A DNA stretch of 64,000 nucleotides, taken from positions 103,913 to 167,912 of IMG/VR virus record IMGVR_UViG_3300016476_000468; one strand, 5' to 3'. Made by a program: the position numbers and the translations under genes. Position 1 is the stretch's first letter, and the number at the start of each line of letters is the position of its first letter. The stretch comes from a virus (taxonomy: Duplodnaviria; Heunggongvirae; Uroviricota; Caudoviricetes). This document shows, one piece after another, positions 38,405-48,705 of the stretch. The notes below the pieces were generated by a model. It did no database searches. It was not told the DNA's origin and saw only the letters and a list, made by a program, of their open reading frames with translations.

Positions 38405-38531
38405 AAAGTATTACTTTTTAACCCTCCTTCTAGGAGGGTTTTTTCATTGTAAAATCAACAACTTACAATCCCCTCAAACCTGTAGGGTTACTCCAGATAC
38501 CTGTTGACTTTTTTGCAGATTAGGGTATAAT
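38405..38531 (+). promoter_or_regulatory. PeSL-like cassette copy 5: GTATTACTTT, terminator AACCCTCC-TTCTA-GGAGGGTT-T6, promoter TTGACT-N16-GGGTATAAT
   Basis: Seen in sequence. Confidence 0.7.
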
Positions 38532-38546
38532 ATATCTTATGATGAG

Positions 38547-38738
38547 TTGGAAAGGATCTTTGTAATGACTATCGAAGAGCTTAACTTTGAACTGCAGTGT
38601 CTGGCTGACGAAGAACGTCAGGCGATGATCGACATCGAGTACGATGCGTTCATGGACGAAATGTATCGTCTTTGGGAACTGGAGCAGTACGCTGCAGATT
38701 CCTATGACCTTGACGCCGAATTTTATGGAGCATGGTGA
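38547..38738 (+). CDS. small acidic hypothetical protein
   Basis: ORF after early promoter. Confidence 0.4.
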   Translation: MERIFVMTIEELNFELQCLADEERQAMIDIEYDAFMDEMYRLWELEQYAADSYDLDAEFYGAW

Positions 38739-38962
38739 TGACTGAATTCCAAGGTAAACAATACGACGATCGCCATGGCGGTCCATTCGATCGTGGTGCA
38801 GCCGACTCTTACTACGATCGTCCGATTCGACCGCACTTCTTCACTGATGCGACTTATCGCAGCGAAGAAATCGAAGAGCGTTTTATGACCAAGTCTCAGA
38901 TCGATGAGTACATGGCTGGTTACGGTTGGAATGAACAATTTGGTGGAAAGAAGGAGTATTGA
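38732..38962 (+). CDS. hypothetical protein
   Basis: ORF. Confidence 0.4.
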   Translation: MVMTEFQGKQYDDRHGGPFDRGAADSYYDRPIRPHFFTDATYRSEEIEERFMTKSQIDEYMAGYGWNEQFGGKKEY

Positions 38963-39432
38963 TCATGGGTCTGGATATGTATCTGTCTGCTAAGCGATAT
39001 ATGAGCAAGTATTTCGACAAGGCTGACGTTGAGCGAATTGAAAAGATCAACGACATCTTTGGCGTCACTGGTATTGAAGATGGTGACTATGGAGCAGAGG
39101 AAGTCAAATTCCGAGTTGCTTATTGGCGCAAGGCTAACGCAATTCACGATTGGTTCGTGCAGAACGTTCAGGATGGTGTAGACGAATGCCAAGAAGCATG
39201 GGTGTCTCGTGAACAACTACAGGAACTGGTCGAAGTCTGTAAGACTGTGCTTGCCGATATGAGCAAGGCTGAAGAACTTCTGCCGACTCGTAGTGGTTTC
39301 TTCTTTGGTGGTACTGACTATGACGAATGGTACAAAGGAGACTTGGAGTACACAGTTGAGCGACTTGAGAAAATCCTAGCCGACCCTGCATTCGGTAAGG
39401 GTGTTGACTTCTATTATCAATCTAGCTGGTAA
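38959..39432 (+). CDS. hypothetical protein
   Basis: ORF. Confidence 0.4.
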   Translation: MIMGLDMYLSAKRYMSKYFDKADVERIEKINDIFGVTGIEDGDYGAEEVKFRVAYWRKANAIHDWFVQNVQDGVDECQEAWVSREQLQELVEVCKTVLADMSKAEELLPTRSGFFFGGTDYDEWYKGDLEYTVERLEKILADPAFGKGVDFYYQSSW

Positions 39433-39620
39433 TGAAAGCATTCCAAGAAACCACTAAGGACTGGGTAGGTGATGTGGCTAATCACATCTACTACCTGTCC
39501 GATGACAAACGTAAGTTGTATGCATTTTACAATGTTACAACTGGTGTCGTGAAGAAGTTTAGTAAACCTATTGGCTTTGATCCACGCTACCGCACTTTTA
39601 AAGAATTGAAACGCAAATGA
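39432..39620 (+). CDS. hypothetical small protein
   Basis: ORF. Confidence 0.35.
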   Translation: MKAFQETTKDWVGDVANHIYYLSDDKRKLYAFYNVTTGVVKKFSKPIGFDPRYRTFKELKRK

Positions 39621-40921
39621 ATCTGACCAAGTTTTTCGAGAGTCTCGCTGCTAATGCATCTCGCAATTTCAAAATCGAGCAACTAGAAGCGAATCGTGAT
39701 AACGAAACTCTACGTGAAGTTGTGCGCTTGGCTCTTGATCCGTTCACTCAGTTTTACATTCGCAAAATTCCTAACTACACTCCAGACGAAACTGAGGTTG
39801 ATAGCCTGAAGCTGTCTCTTGATCAGTTGTATGACCTGTCCCAGCGAATTGTTACTGGCAATGCTGCAATCGAACACCTGAGAGGAATTCTTTCTCGCTC
39901 AGAAGAGCCTGAAGTTATTGAACGCATCATTCAAAAGGATCTGAAATGTGGTGTATCAATCGCAACTGCAAACGCAGTGTGGACTGGTTTGGTGAGCGAA
40001 TATCCAGTTATGCTTTGCAGCCAGTTCGAGCAAAAACTGGTGGACAAAGTAAAATTCCCAGCACTGGTGCAAACCAAAATGGATGGTATGCGGTTCAACG
40101 CAATCGTCCGAAACGGATCGGTTGAGTATCGTTCTCGTAACGGTAAAGAGATCCAGCTGTTAGGTAATCTCGATGAAGACTTTATCGCACTTGCTGGGGA
40201 TATTGATTGTGTGTTTGACGGAGAATTGATCGTCAACGACAAGGGTGTTATCCTGGATCGCCAGACTGGCAATGGTATCCTGAACAAAGCCAACAAAGGC
40301 ACAATCTCTGATCTGGAAGCACGCAAGGTTCGTGCTACTATCTGGGATGTTATTCCATTCATTCAATTCTCAGAAGGTAAGTGTAACATTCCTTACGGTC
40401 AGCGTTGGGAGTCTCTTGGTATTCTGATTGATACCCACAAACCTAAGAAGGTTTCCCTTGTTCAAAGCTGGGAAGTAGAAAACTACGAAACTGCGCAAGC
40501 GCTGTTTGAAGAACTGCTGCAGCGTGGCGAAGAAGGCATTATCCTCAAAGACAAGTCTGGTATCTGGGAGGATAAACGTGCAAAGCACCAGATTAAATTC
40601 AAAGGGGAGCTAGAGTGTGATCTCGAAATTCTCGCAGTTGAAGAAGGCACTGGCAAGTACGCTGGAAAACTTGGTGCTTTTGTATGTGGCTCCAGACTCC
40701 AAGACGGGAAGCGTCTTACCGTCTCTGTTGGTTCTGGTTTTAATGATGATCATCGAACTAACCTTTGGGATATTCGTGATCAACTCATTGGTAAAATTGT
40801 TGCTGTAAAATACAACATGCGCATTAAAAACAAACAAGGCGAAGAATCTTTGTTCCTTCCAATCTTTGTTGAAGTGCGTAGTGATAAAGATGTTGCAGAT
40901 TCTATTGGAGATATTAAATGA
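39617..40921 (+). CDS. ATP-dependent DNA ligase (gp30-like)
   Basis: Motif I KMDGMR, motif IV EGIILK, motif V KHQIKFK, OB-fold C-terminus. Confidence 0.7.
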   Translation: MNLTKFFESLAANASRNFKIEQLEANRDNETLREVVRLALDPFTQFYIRKIPNYTPDETEVDSLKLSLDQLYDLSQRIVTGNAAIEHLRGILSRSEEPEVIERIIQKDLKCGVSIATANAVWTGLVSEYPVMLCSQFEQKLVDKVKFPALVQTKMDGMRFNAIVRNGSVEYRSRNGKEIQLLGNLDEDFIALAGDIDCVFDGELIVNDKGVILDRQTGNGILNKANKGTISDLEARKVRATIWDVIPFIQFSEGKCNIPYGQRWESLGILIDTHKPKKVSLVQSWEVENYETAQALFEELLQRGEEGIILKDKSGIWEDKRAKHQIKFKGELECDLEILAVEEGTGKYAGKLGAFVCGSRLQDGKRLTVSVGSGFNDDHRTNLWDIRDQLIGKIVAVKYNMRIKNKQGEESLFLPIFVEVRSDKDVADSIGDIK

Positions 40922-41142
40922 TTCTAGAAACTCTTGTGAGACAAAAGCGGTATTTCGATGCAAATAAAAAGAAAGACATAGAATCTGCTCGTGCATTTTT
41001 TAGCAACCACAGCTGGAGTGAAGACGGCGGTTGTCCATTTATTCTAGAGTATCCTTATGTTTCTATTCCAGATATGATTAAAGATAAGTTGATTCACAAG
41101 GTTCTAGGAATTACATTTGACCGTGAGCATCATTGGCGATAG
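40918..41142 (+). CDS. hypothetical protein
   Basis: ORF. Confidence 0.35.
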   Translation: MILETLVRQKRYFDANKKKDIESARAFFSNHSWSEDGGCPFILEYPYVSIPDMIKDKLIHKVLGITFDREHHWR

Positions 41143-41164
41143 AATATACCTATTTGGAGTTGTT

Positions 41165-41710
41165 ATGAATTACGAAGAATTTGAAAAGCATATGGCTGAA
41201 AAATACCCTCGTTATTTTGGTGAGGGTAAACACTACGGTGGATTTGCAATCGGTGAAGGATGGTATCCAATCATTGAAGCATTGGTTGGACAGATTGATC
41301 ATTATACTAAGTGGAAGCGTAGCACTCGTACATATCAACTGCGCCTAGATCGTGCACGTGATAAGGGGCGTGATGCTGTCTTGAAGTTTATCTGTAAAGG
41401 TAAAGAACCAAGTGATTGGGATTTGGATCGTGCAGATGATATTATGGCAACTCCACACGAAATCATCCCACGTGTTGACTGGATTGTAGTTGATCAGATC
41501 AAAGAAAAGTTTGGTGGGCTGCGATTCTATTACCATGGCGGAGACGAACATATTGCTGGTATGGTAACTATGGCAGAGTCTTGGGCACATCGCACATGTG
41601 AGACATGTGGTAATAAAGGTACACAACGTAGCGGTGGATGGATTCGTACTCTGTGTGATGAGCACGAAGCAGAACACCAAGCAAAACTAAAGGAGAGATT
41701 CGGTGAGTAA
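41165..41710 (+). CDS. hypothetical protein with C-terminal zinc-ribbon (CETCGN...LCDEHE)
   Basis: Cys/His cluster. Confidence 0.4.
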   Translation: MNYEEFEKHMAEKYPRYFGEGKHYGGFAIGEGWYPIIEALVGQIDHYTKWKRSTRTYQLRLDRARDKGRDAVLKFICKGKEPSDWDLDRADDIMATPHEIIPRVDWIVVDQIKEKFGGLRFYYHGGDEHIAGMVTMAESWAHRTCETCGNKGTQRSGGWIRTLCDEHEAEHQAKLKERFGE

Positions 41711-42038
41711 ATTTGTTTTAGTTGAAGCACTCTCTCAATACCGCATGCGGTATGTTATTGAGGTTCCAGACAATCACGCAGAAGTTGGTCCAGATAGTTT
41801 TGGCTGCAGCGCAATTACTTGGGCTGAGGACACCGTCGTTATGGAAGAGATGAAAGAGTTTTCCCAGAAGTGGCTCGGTGAAACTATCATTGGATCCAGA
41901 GAAGTTACCAGAGAAGAAATTCTGCAGATGGTCAACGAAGACAATGACTACTGTAATGGAAAGTATGGTGAACCTTGGAGCGATGAAAAGAAGATGCAAG
42001 TCTTTGTGACTGAAATCGGATACAAACCAAAGGATTAA
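41703..42038 (+). CDS. hypothetical protein
   Basis: ORF. Confidence 0.4.
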   Translation: MSKFVLVEALSQYRMRYVIEVPDNHAEVGPDSFGCSAITWAEDTVVMEEMKEFSQKWLGETIIGSREVTREEILQMVNEDNDYCNGKYGEPWSDEKKMQVFVTEIGYKPKD

Positions 42039-42040
42039 TA

Positions 42041-42616
42041 ATGTTTATTTTCGACGTAGAAAGTTTGGGCGTCGAGTCAAATGCTGTCGTTTTATCGGCA
42101 GCTTTGATCCATTTCGACCCAACAAAACGACCAACCTATCAAGACCTGCTGGACGATGCTTGCTTTGTTAAGTTCAAGGCAAAAGAGCAAGTGACCAAGT
42201 ATGGTCGCACTGTTTCCCAATCTACGTTGGAGTGGTGGCAAAACCAACACGAATACGTTAAGCAGGTTTCATTAGATCCTTCTAGCACTGATATTACTGC
42301 AGAAGAGGGTCTGGCTACTCTGCATAACTATATGAATAAGTTTCCAAACGCAAGGAAACAAACTATGTGGGCACGTGGCTCACTCGACCAACTTGTAATC
42401 GACTCCCTTGCTGTTAAGATTGGAGCACTAGAGATTACAGACTACGCACAGTGGCGTGATGTTCGCACTGCAGTTGATATTATGTACGGTTCTACTAATG
42501 GATATTGCGAAGTTGACCACCCACTCTTTTTAAGGCATAATGTTATTAAGCACCATCCTGTGCACGATTGTGCTCTAGATGCAATGATGCTTATGTATGG
42601 AAAACAAAATGTTTGA
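42041..42616 (+). CDS. dexA: exonuclease A (DexA-like, DnaQ fold)
   Basis: MFIFDVESLG (DxE), TLEWWQNQ, HHPVHDCALDAMML vs T4 DexA MFDFIIDFET, TIEWWKNQ, HDSIHDCAKDILMM. Confidence 0.8.
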   Translation: MFIFDVESLGVESNAVVLSAALIHFDPTKRPTYQDLLDDACFVKFKAKEQVTKYGRTVSQSTLEWWQNQHEYVKQVSLDPSSTDITAEEGLATLHNYMNKFPNARKQTMWARGSLDQLVIDSLAVKIGALEITDYAQWRDVRTAVDIMYGSTNGYCEVDHPLFLRHNVIKHHPVHDCALDAMMLMYGKQNV

Positions 42617-42869
42617 TCGTGCTCCACTCGTTGAGTATTACAACAAAGGTATTTTCTTAAACTATCGTAGAAAATACGAAGAGTATTACAACGAGTATAC
42701 AAAAAGTCGTAATGCCTATGAAGGTATCGATTTTATTTCCATTCAACTTGACAACAAGGTATTTGATTGGGAGAATTCGTATTATGATGGGCACACTATC
42801 AAGCGACTAACAATTCTAGGTATTGCCTTTGCTAAAGGCTATTCCTATCAATGGGAAGATCTGAGTTAA
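42597..42869 (+). CDS. hypothetical protein
   Basis: ORF. Confidence 0.4.
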   Translation: MENKMFDRAPLVEYYNKGIFLNYRRKYEEYYNEYTKSRNAYEGIDFISIQLDNKVFDWENSYYDGHTIKRLTILGIAFAKGYSYQWEDLS

Positions 42870-45355
42870 TGGAATTTTATACTAGCGTCCACCCAATGGG
42901 CGATAAAATGCTCATTCGTGGGTATGATAAAGGTAGAGCATATCAGCGTAAGGTGGACTTCTCCCCTACGCTGTATGTTACTTCTAAGAAGCAAACTAAG
43001 TGGAGAACTCTTGAAGGCACTTATGTCGATGAAGTGCAACCTGGATCCATCAAAGAAACACGTGAGTTCGTAAAACGATACGAAGGTGTAGAAGGGTTTG
43101 AGGTATATGGCAACACCAACTATTCATACCAGTATATCAGTGATATGTATCCCGATGATATTAACTGGGATATGGAACAGATCAAAGTGTTCACTATCGA
43201 CATTGAGACTGCTACTGAGGGTGGCTTTCCTGATATCAAATCTGCAAACGAAGAAGTTCTGTTGATCACTGTCAAGGATCTACAGAGCAAGCGCATCATC
43301 ACGTTCGGGTCTAAAGCATTCGTGCACAATCGTGACGATGTCATTTATGTTCACGCTAATAACGAACACCATCTACTTCAAGAGTTTCTTTCCTTCTGGG
43401 AAAAGAGTTATCCCGATGTAATCACTGGTTGGAACACTGACTTCTTTGACGTACCGTATCTGATCAAGCGTGTCACTCGTGAACTGGGTGAGCGTGAGGC
43501 ACAACGTATCAGCCCATGGCGTTATCTAAATGAGCGTAAAACGTTCATCAAAGGTAACGAAGAACTGCACTACGACATTCTCGGTATCAGTCAGCTGGAC
43601 TATCTGGAACTTTACAAGAAGTATACCTACACCAAACAGGAATCCTATCGCCTTGATTACATTGCTGAGCAAGAACTAGGCGACAAGAAGAAAGAAAACC
43701 CTGGAGATTCTTTCCGTGATTTCTACACACATCACTGGCAACAATTCGTAGAGTATAACATCCACGACGTAGAGTTGGTTGATAAACTGGAAGACAAGAT
43801 GCGTTTGATTGAACTGCATCTGACTATGGCATACAATGCCAAGATCAATCCTGAAGATGTTTACTCACAAGTACGTATGTGGGATACGATCATCTATAAC
43901 CATCTGCGCAAAAAAGGAATCGTGATTCCGCAGAAAAGCGTAAGTGGTAAAGATGCGCAATTCGAAGGTGCGTTCGTTAAGGATCCTATCATCGGTGGTC
44001 ACAAATGGGTTGCTTCTTTTGACTTGAACTCACTGTATCCTCACCTGATTATGCAGTACAACATCTCTCCAGAGACTCTTACATCAGAGAAGCTGAGTGT
44101 TACTGTTGACAAGCTACTTAACAAAGAGATTGATACATCTTACTGCCACAAACGTGACTTGGCTCTTACTGCCAACGGCTGGACTTATCGTAAAGACATC
44201 AAAGGTTTTATGCCTGAGTTGATGGAGACGATGTATGTCAATCGTTCCAAGTTTAAGAAACAGATGTTGAAGGTTCAGCAAGAGTATGAAAAGGACAAGT
44301 CTCAAAAGCACCTGCTGAAAGAGATTAGCCGACTGAACAACCTGCAGATGGCAATGAAGATTGCCCTGAACTCTGCTTACGGTGCGATGGGTAACCAGTA
44401 CTTCCGTTACTTTGATATTCGTATGGCTGAAGGTATTACCACCAGCGGTCAGCTGTCCATTCGTTGGATGTCTAACAAGCTGAATGCGTTTATGAACAAG
44501 ACGCTAAAAACTGTTGACCAAGATTACGTTATTGCGATCGATACTGACTCAATCTACTTGTCTCTTGAGAAGTTGGTTGAGACTGTTGCTGCTGACAAGG
44601 ACACTGCTGGCAAGATCAAGTTTATGGACAAGATCTGCGAGGATGTTTTCCAGCCATTCATTGACAGTGGCTATACCGAACTGGCTCAATATATGAATGC
44701 GTATGCGCAAAAGATGCAGATGAAGCGAGAAGTTCTTGCTGACAAAGGTATCTGGACTGCCAAGAAGCGTTATATTCTCCGAGTGCATAACTCTGAGGGT
44801 GTTCAGTTTGCCAAGCCCAAGATCAAGGTTATGGGTCTGGAGATGGTCAAGTCTTCAACTCCTGCGGTGATTCGTGATAAGCTGCACGATTCTATTGACG
44901 TTATTCTAGAAGGCGAGGAGCGAGCACTACATAATTATGTGGCAGACTTTAGAAAAGAGTTTGATGCTTTGCCGATTGAAGACATCGCATTCCCTCGTAG
45001 TTGTAACGGTGTGAAGCAATATGCTGGATCTCCGATCTATCAAAAGGGAACTCCGATTCAGGTTCGTGCTGCCCTGTTGTATAACCATCACTGTAAACGC
45101 CATGGGCTGGACAAGAAGTATCAGGCTATCCGTGATGGAGACAAGATCAAGTTCGTGTACCTGCGTACTCCGAATCCGATCCACGAGAATGTCATTGCAT
45201 TCCCACAGGAACTGCCAAAGGAACTTGGATTGAATGACTACATAGATTATGACTTACAATTCGAAAAGGTTTTTCTTGATGCGCTTCAGATTGTTATCGA
45301 GCCACTAGGCTGGAAGACTCAAGAAGAATCTTCACTGGAGGATTTCTTTGGATAA
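42851..45355 (+). CDS. gp43: DNA polymerase gp43 (family B)
   Basis: Exo motifs FDIET, pol motifs DxxSLYPH, KIALNSAYG, AIDTDS. Confidence 0.9.
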   Translation: MGRSELMEFYTSVHPMGDKMLIRGYDKGRAYQRKVDFSPTLYVTSKKQTKWRTLEGTYVDEVQPGSIKETREFVKRYEGVEGFEVYGNTNYSYQYISDMYPDDINWDMEQIKVFTIDIETATEGGFPDIKSANEEVLLITVKDLQSKRIITFGSKAFVHNRDDVIYVHANNEHHLLQEFLSFWEKSYPDVITGWNTDFFDVPYLIKRVTRELGEREAQRISPWRYLNERKTFIKGNEELHYDILGISQLDYLELYKKYTYTKQESYRLDYIAEQELGDKKKENPGDSFRDFYTHHWQQFVEYNIHDVELVDKLEDKMRLIELHLTMAYNAKINPEDVYSQVRMWDTIIYNHLRKKGIVIPQKSVSGKDAQFEGAFVKDPIIGGHKWVASFDLNSLYPHLIMQYNISPETLTSEKLSVTVDKLLNKEIDTSYCHKRDLALTANGWTYRKDIKGFMPELMETMYVNRSKFKKQMLKVQQEYEKDKSQKHLLKEISRLNNLQMAMKIALNSAYGAMGNQYFRYFDIRMAEGITTSGQLSIRWMSNKLNAFMNKTLKTVDQDYVIAIDTDSIYLSLEKLVETVAADKDTAGKIKFMDKICEDVFQPFIDSGYTELAQYMNAYAQKMQMKREVLADKGIWTAKKRYILRVHNSEGVQFAKPKIKVMGLEMVKSSTPAVIRDKLHDSIDVILEGEERALHNYVADFRKEFDALPIEDIAFPRSCNGVKQYAGSPIYQKGTPIQVRAALLYNHHCKRHGLDKKYQAIRDGDKIKFVYLRTPNPIHENVIAFPQELPKELGLNDYIDYDLQFEKVFLDALQIVIEPLGWKTQEESSLEDFFG

Positions 45356-45947
45356 CGTAACACCACTATTTTCTACGCCGATCTTTCAATCAAAGATCGA
45401 ACCAATAAGTATTCAAGAGAGAGATTACATCATCTCTCTTGAGTATGATGGTATGTATTCGAAAGACAAGTATGTATTGAATCACCCTCAACTGTCTTCT
45501 GTCAAGAATAAAGTTGAGGGTACTCTAACTAAGTATGCATATGATGTATTACGTATCGCTCCTTGGAATGAGTTCTATATCACGAACTCATGGGTTGTAA
45601 AACACGATAAAGGGTGTAGTGCTCAACTGCATCGCCACGATAACTCTCTTTTGTCTGGTGTCGTTTATATCCAAACAGATGACCAGTCTGGTGAGATTTC
45701 ATTTGATCTAGGAACTGCGTCTGCGATCTTTCCGTCAGCTGTGCGCATTGAGTATACTGAGTACAATCTTTTCAACTCTCCTTCTTGGTCGCATTACCCA
45801 TACGATAATGATATTTTGATCTTTCCTTCTCACGTACTACATAAGGTATCTGAAACTAAATCAGAAAGAACAAGATACTCACTTTCGTTTAATACTTTCG
45901 TTCGTGGTAATCTTGGACAAGATATGTCAGTGTTGGATTTAAAATGA
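45348..45947 (+). CDS. 2OG-Fe(II) oxygenase (cyanophage-type, paralogue of 51458..52054)
   Basis: LHRHDNS...H motif; paralogy NSWVVKHD.../QSWLNFND..., RYSLSFNTF/RTSLAFNTF. Confidence 0.65.
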   Translation: MDNVTPLFSTPIFQSKIEPISIQERDYIISLEYDGMYSKDKYVLNHPQLSSVKNKVEGTLTKYAYDVLRIAPWNEFYITNSWVVKHDKGCSAQLHRHDNSLLSGVVYIQTDDQSGEISFDLGTASAIFPSAVRIEYTEYNLFNSPSWSHYPYDNDILIFPSHVLHKVSETKSERTRYSLSFNTFVRGNLGQDMSVLDLK

Positions 45948-46492
45948 GCAATATCAGAATCATTAAAACTGGGATCAATGTTTCAAAGATACTGGCTCAA
46001 CTGCACCAGTACCCAGAAGACTGGGGTTCTCAACGTAACGTTGCTGGTGTTGAGTCGATGCTTGATCGAGGATTCCCTCAGGTTGATGCTGGTGTTTTAC
46101 AGCTTGTGATGGGTGGTGTTGAGTCGCTTGACCAATACGTTGGAGATACAGAGATTTGCATTCCAACACCAGCTTATGAACGACACACTGAAGTCATTAG
46201 ATTTCTAAAACGCAACTTTAAAAAATTTAGTCGATGCGGATTCCTATCCTTGCCAGTCGGTGGAGAAGTTGGAAAGCATATTGACATTGGTACATACTAC
46301 CAAACTAGAGATCGTTACCATCTGTCCATTCAAGGCAGATACATATACACTGTAGGAGATGAATCCGTTACAGTGGAACCTGGAACCCTGTTGTGGTTCA
46401 ACAATAAATTACCTCATGGGACACAAAACATTGGCGACTGCGTTCGTGTTACATTCGTTTTCGATGTACCACATTCCAAGAATAATCCATAA
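45944..46492 (+). CDS. cupin / Asp-Asn beta-hydroxylase-like 2OG oxygenase
   Basis: GKHIDIG (HxD) ... LPHGTQN (H) in cupin-like context. Confidence 0.4.
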   Translation: MSNIRIIKTGINVSKILAQLHQYPEDWGSQRNVAGVESMLDRGFPQVDAGVLQLVMGGVESLDQYVGDTEICIPTPAYERHTEVIRFLKRNFKKFSRCGFLSLPVGGEVGKHIDIGTYYQTRDRYHLSIQGRYIYTVGDESVTVEPGTLLWFNNKLPHGTQNIGDCVRVTFVFDVPHSKNNP

Positions 46493-46521
46493 TTGTCCTG
46501 CAATACTTTTTAGGAGATAAT

Positions 46522-46773
46522 ATGAAAGTGTACAAATTTTACGCCGAGTGGTGCCAGCCTTGCAAGGCATTGTCTAAAGTTATTCAAGATGCTAAGGACA
46601 AGATTAATGTTGAGATCGTTGAGTTTGACATCGACGCAGAAATGATGACTGCTATTAACTATGGAATTCGTAGCGTACCTACGATGGTTCTGGTTGATGA
46701 TAACGAGAAAGAAATCAAAAGATTAAATGGCTTGGTCAATGAACAAAAACTGCTGGAATTTTTAAATGCTTGA
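46522..46773 (+). CDS. thioredoxin
   Basis: WCQPC active site, 83 aa. Confidence 0.8.
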   Translation: MKVYKFYAEWCQPCKALSKVIQDAKDKINVEIVEFDIDAEMMTAINYGIRSVPTMVLVDDNEKEIKRLNGLVNEQKLLEFLNA

Positions 46774-46789
46774 TCTGAAAAGGAATGTT

Positions 46790-47146
46790 ATGCATAATGT
46801 AAAGATGAACCGTAAGGAGTTGCTGAAGATCGTCAAAGACAATCTTAAGAAACACGTTGCGGAATATAATGAGTCTGTTGAAGACTATAAGGTAGCTGTT
46901 ATTAAGGTTGCACAAGAGAACCTTAAGAAAGCAAAGACTGGTGATCTGGCGCTGTTTAAATTCCGTGCTATGCCTCAGACTCCAACTTCATACGAAGATA
47001 ACTACAACCGTGCAATCCGTATGCTTGAGTTGTCTGTTGAAGATGTTATCGATGTTGAGGAACATATCTTCAACCAGTTGGTTCTCGACGAGTGGGGTTG
47101 GAAACAAAACTTTGTTGCACAATCTGCGCTGTATAAATCTATCTAA
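46790..47146 (+). CDS. hypothetical protein
   Basis: ORF. Confidence 0.4.
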   Translation: MHNVKMNRKELLKIVKDNLKKHVAEYNESVEDYKVAVIKVAQENLKKAKTGDLALFKFRAMPQTPTSYEDNYNRAIRMLELSVEDVIDVEEHIFNQLVLDEWGWKQNFVAQSALYKSI

Positions 47147-47154
47147 GGAATACT

Positions 47155-48225
47155 ATGGGCATTCTTGACAAAATCAAAAAGAACAGCACCATTAAGGACT
47201 CTGCTGTTCTTGCTAACTCTAAGTTCTTCACTAAGAAGGATATGATTCCAACCAGCATCCCTGTCATTAACGTGGCATTGTCTGGTCGTCTTGATGGTGG
47301 TCTAACTCCAGGTCTTACTATGTGGGCTGGTCCATCTAAACACTTCAAGACTGCATTCAGCCTGTTGATGGCTAAATCTTATTTGGACAAATATGAAGAT
47401 GCTGCGCTGCTTTTTTACGATTCTGAGTTCGGTACTCCTCAGAGCTACTTTGATGCTTTTGGTATTGACACTGACAGGGTGCTCCATACTCCTATTACAG
47501 ATGTTGAGCAACTAAAGTTCGACATTATGCAGCAGCTACAAAACGTAGAACGTGGTGAACGTCTAATGATTGTAGTTGATTCCATCGGTAACTTGGCTTC
47601 TAAGAAAGAAGTTGAGGACGCACTTGATGGTAAGTCTGTTGCCGACATGAGTCGTGCCAAGCAGATGAAGTCTCTGTTCCGTATGGTCACACCTCACCTG
47701 ACTCTTAAGGATATCCCAATGGTAGTTGTTAACCACACCTACAAAGAAATTGGTTTGTATCCTAAGGATATCGTTGGTGGCGGTACTGGCTCTTATTACT
47801 CTGCTGACAATATCTTTATCTTGGGTCGTCAGCAAGAAAAAGATGGCACTGAAGTTACTGGTTACAACTTCATCATCAACGTAGAAAAGTCACGTTATGT
47901 TAAAGAAAAATCTAAAATCCCTGTCGCTGTATCTTTCGATGGTGGTATTAGCAAGTGGAGCGGTCTACTTGATCTTGCACTCGAATCAGGACATGTGGTC
48001 AAACCTAGCAATGGTTGGTATTCGAAAGTAGATGAAGACGGTGTTGTTGAAGACAAGAAGTATCGTATCAAGGATACCGAATCTAAAGACTTCTGGATGT
48101 CTATCCTTACTAGCAAATCGTTCTATGATTTCGTAAAGAACAAGTATTCAGTTGGTAATGTTTCTATGGTTCAGGCAGACGAACTGGACAAAGCATTGGA
48201 AGAATTGGAGTTTGAAGATGAGTGA
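47155..48225 (+). CDS. uvsX: recombinase UvsX (RecA family)
   Basis: RecA-fold Walker A GPSKHFKT, multimerisation/loop motifs, size 356 aa. Confidence 0.85.
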   Translation: MGILDKIKKNSTIKDSAVLANSKFFTKKDMIPTSIPVINVALSGRLDGGLTPGLTMWAGPSKHFKTAFSLLMAKSYLDKYEDAALLFYDSEFGTPQSYFDAFGIDTDRVLHTPITDVEQLKFDIMQQLQNVERGERLMIVVDSIGNLASKKEVEDALDGKSVADMSRAKQMKSLFRMVTPHLTLKDIPMVVVNHTYKEIGLYPKDIVGGGTGSYYSADNIFILGRQQEKDGTEVTGYNFIINVEKSRYVKEKSKIPVAVSFDGGISKWSGLLDLALESGHVVKPSNGWYSKVDEDGVVEDKKYRIKDTESKDFWMSILTSKSFYDFVKNKYSVGNVSMVQADELDKALEELEFEDE

Positions 48226-48406
48226 GCCATCTAGATTTAAACAAGAGTGGGAAACAAAGAAACTACTCAATCGTGCCAAAAAGAAAGCCAAGAAGTCTCT
48301 ACAGAAACAAGGTTTTGGTCGCAAGGAAGCTGCAAAGCAAGTTAATGCTGCAGTAAATCGTATTGCGGCAAGACCTGTTCAACGTAGCAATGGTCGTGGT
48401 GGATAA
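48219..48406 (+). CDS. small basic protein
   Basis: ORF, K/R-rich. Confidence 0.3.
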
Positions 48407-48705
48407 TGAGCGAGCATCTGGCTAAACCATTCGTTGTTCTTCAAAGTGCATCAACTGGAGCTTACAGGCTAAAGTTGACAAGTGGTCCATACTCAGGTAT
48501 AATCTTTTCTTACGGTCAGGTTAAATTTGAGGAAATGGGTGACACTTGTAAACTGCACTTTGAATATGAAGTGCACGAAGATGCAGGTGTCACTTATACT
48601 GCCAATGAACTTGAACACTATCTTGGTGATTTGTTGCAGGTGATTATCATAGAACAGCTGCAACAAAATGAAATAACATATACTGGTGGAGTTGATGAGA
48701 ATTGA
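48406..48705 (+). CDS. hypothetical protein
   Basis: ORF. Confidence 0.4.
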   Translation: MSEHLAKPFVVLQSASTGAYRLKLTSGPYSGIIFSYGQVKFEEMGDTCKLHFEYEVHEDAGVTYTANELEHYLGDLLQVIIIEQLQQNEITYTGGVDEN

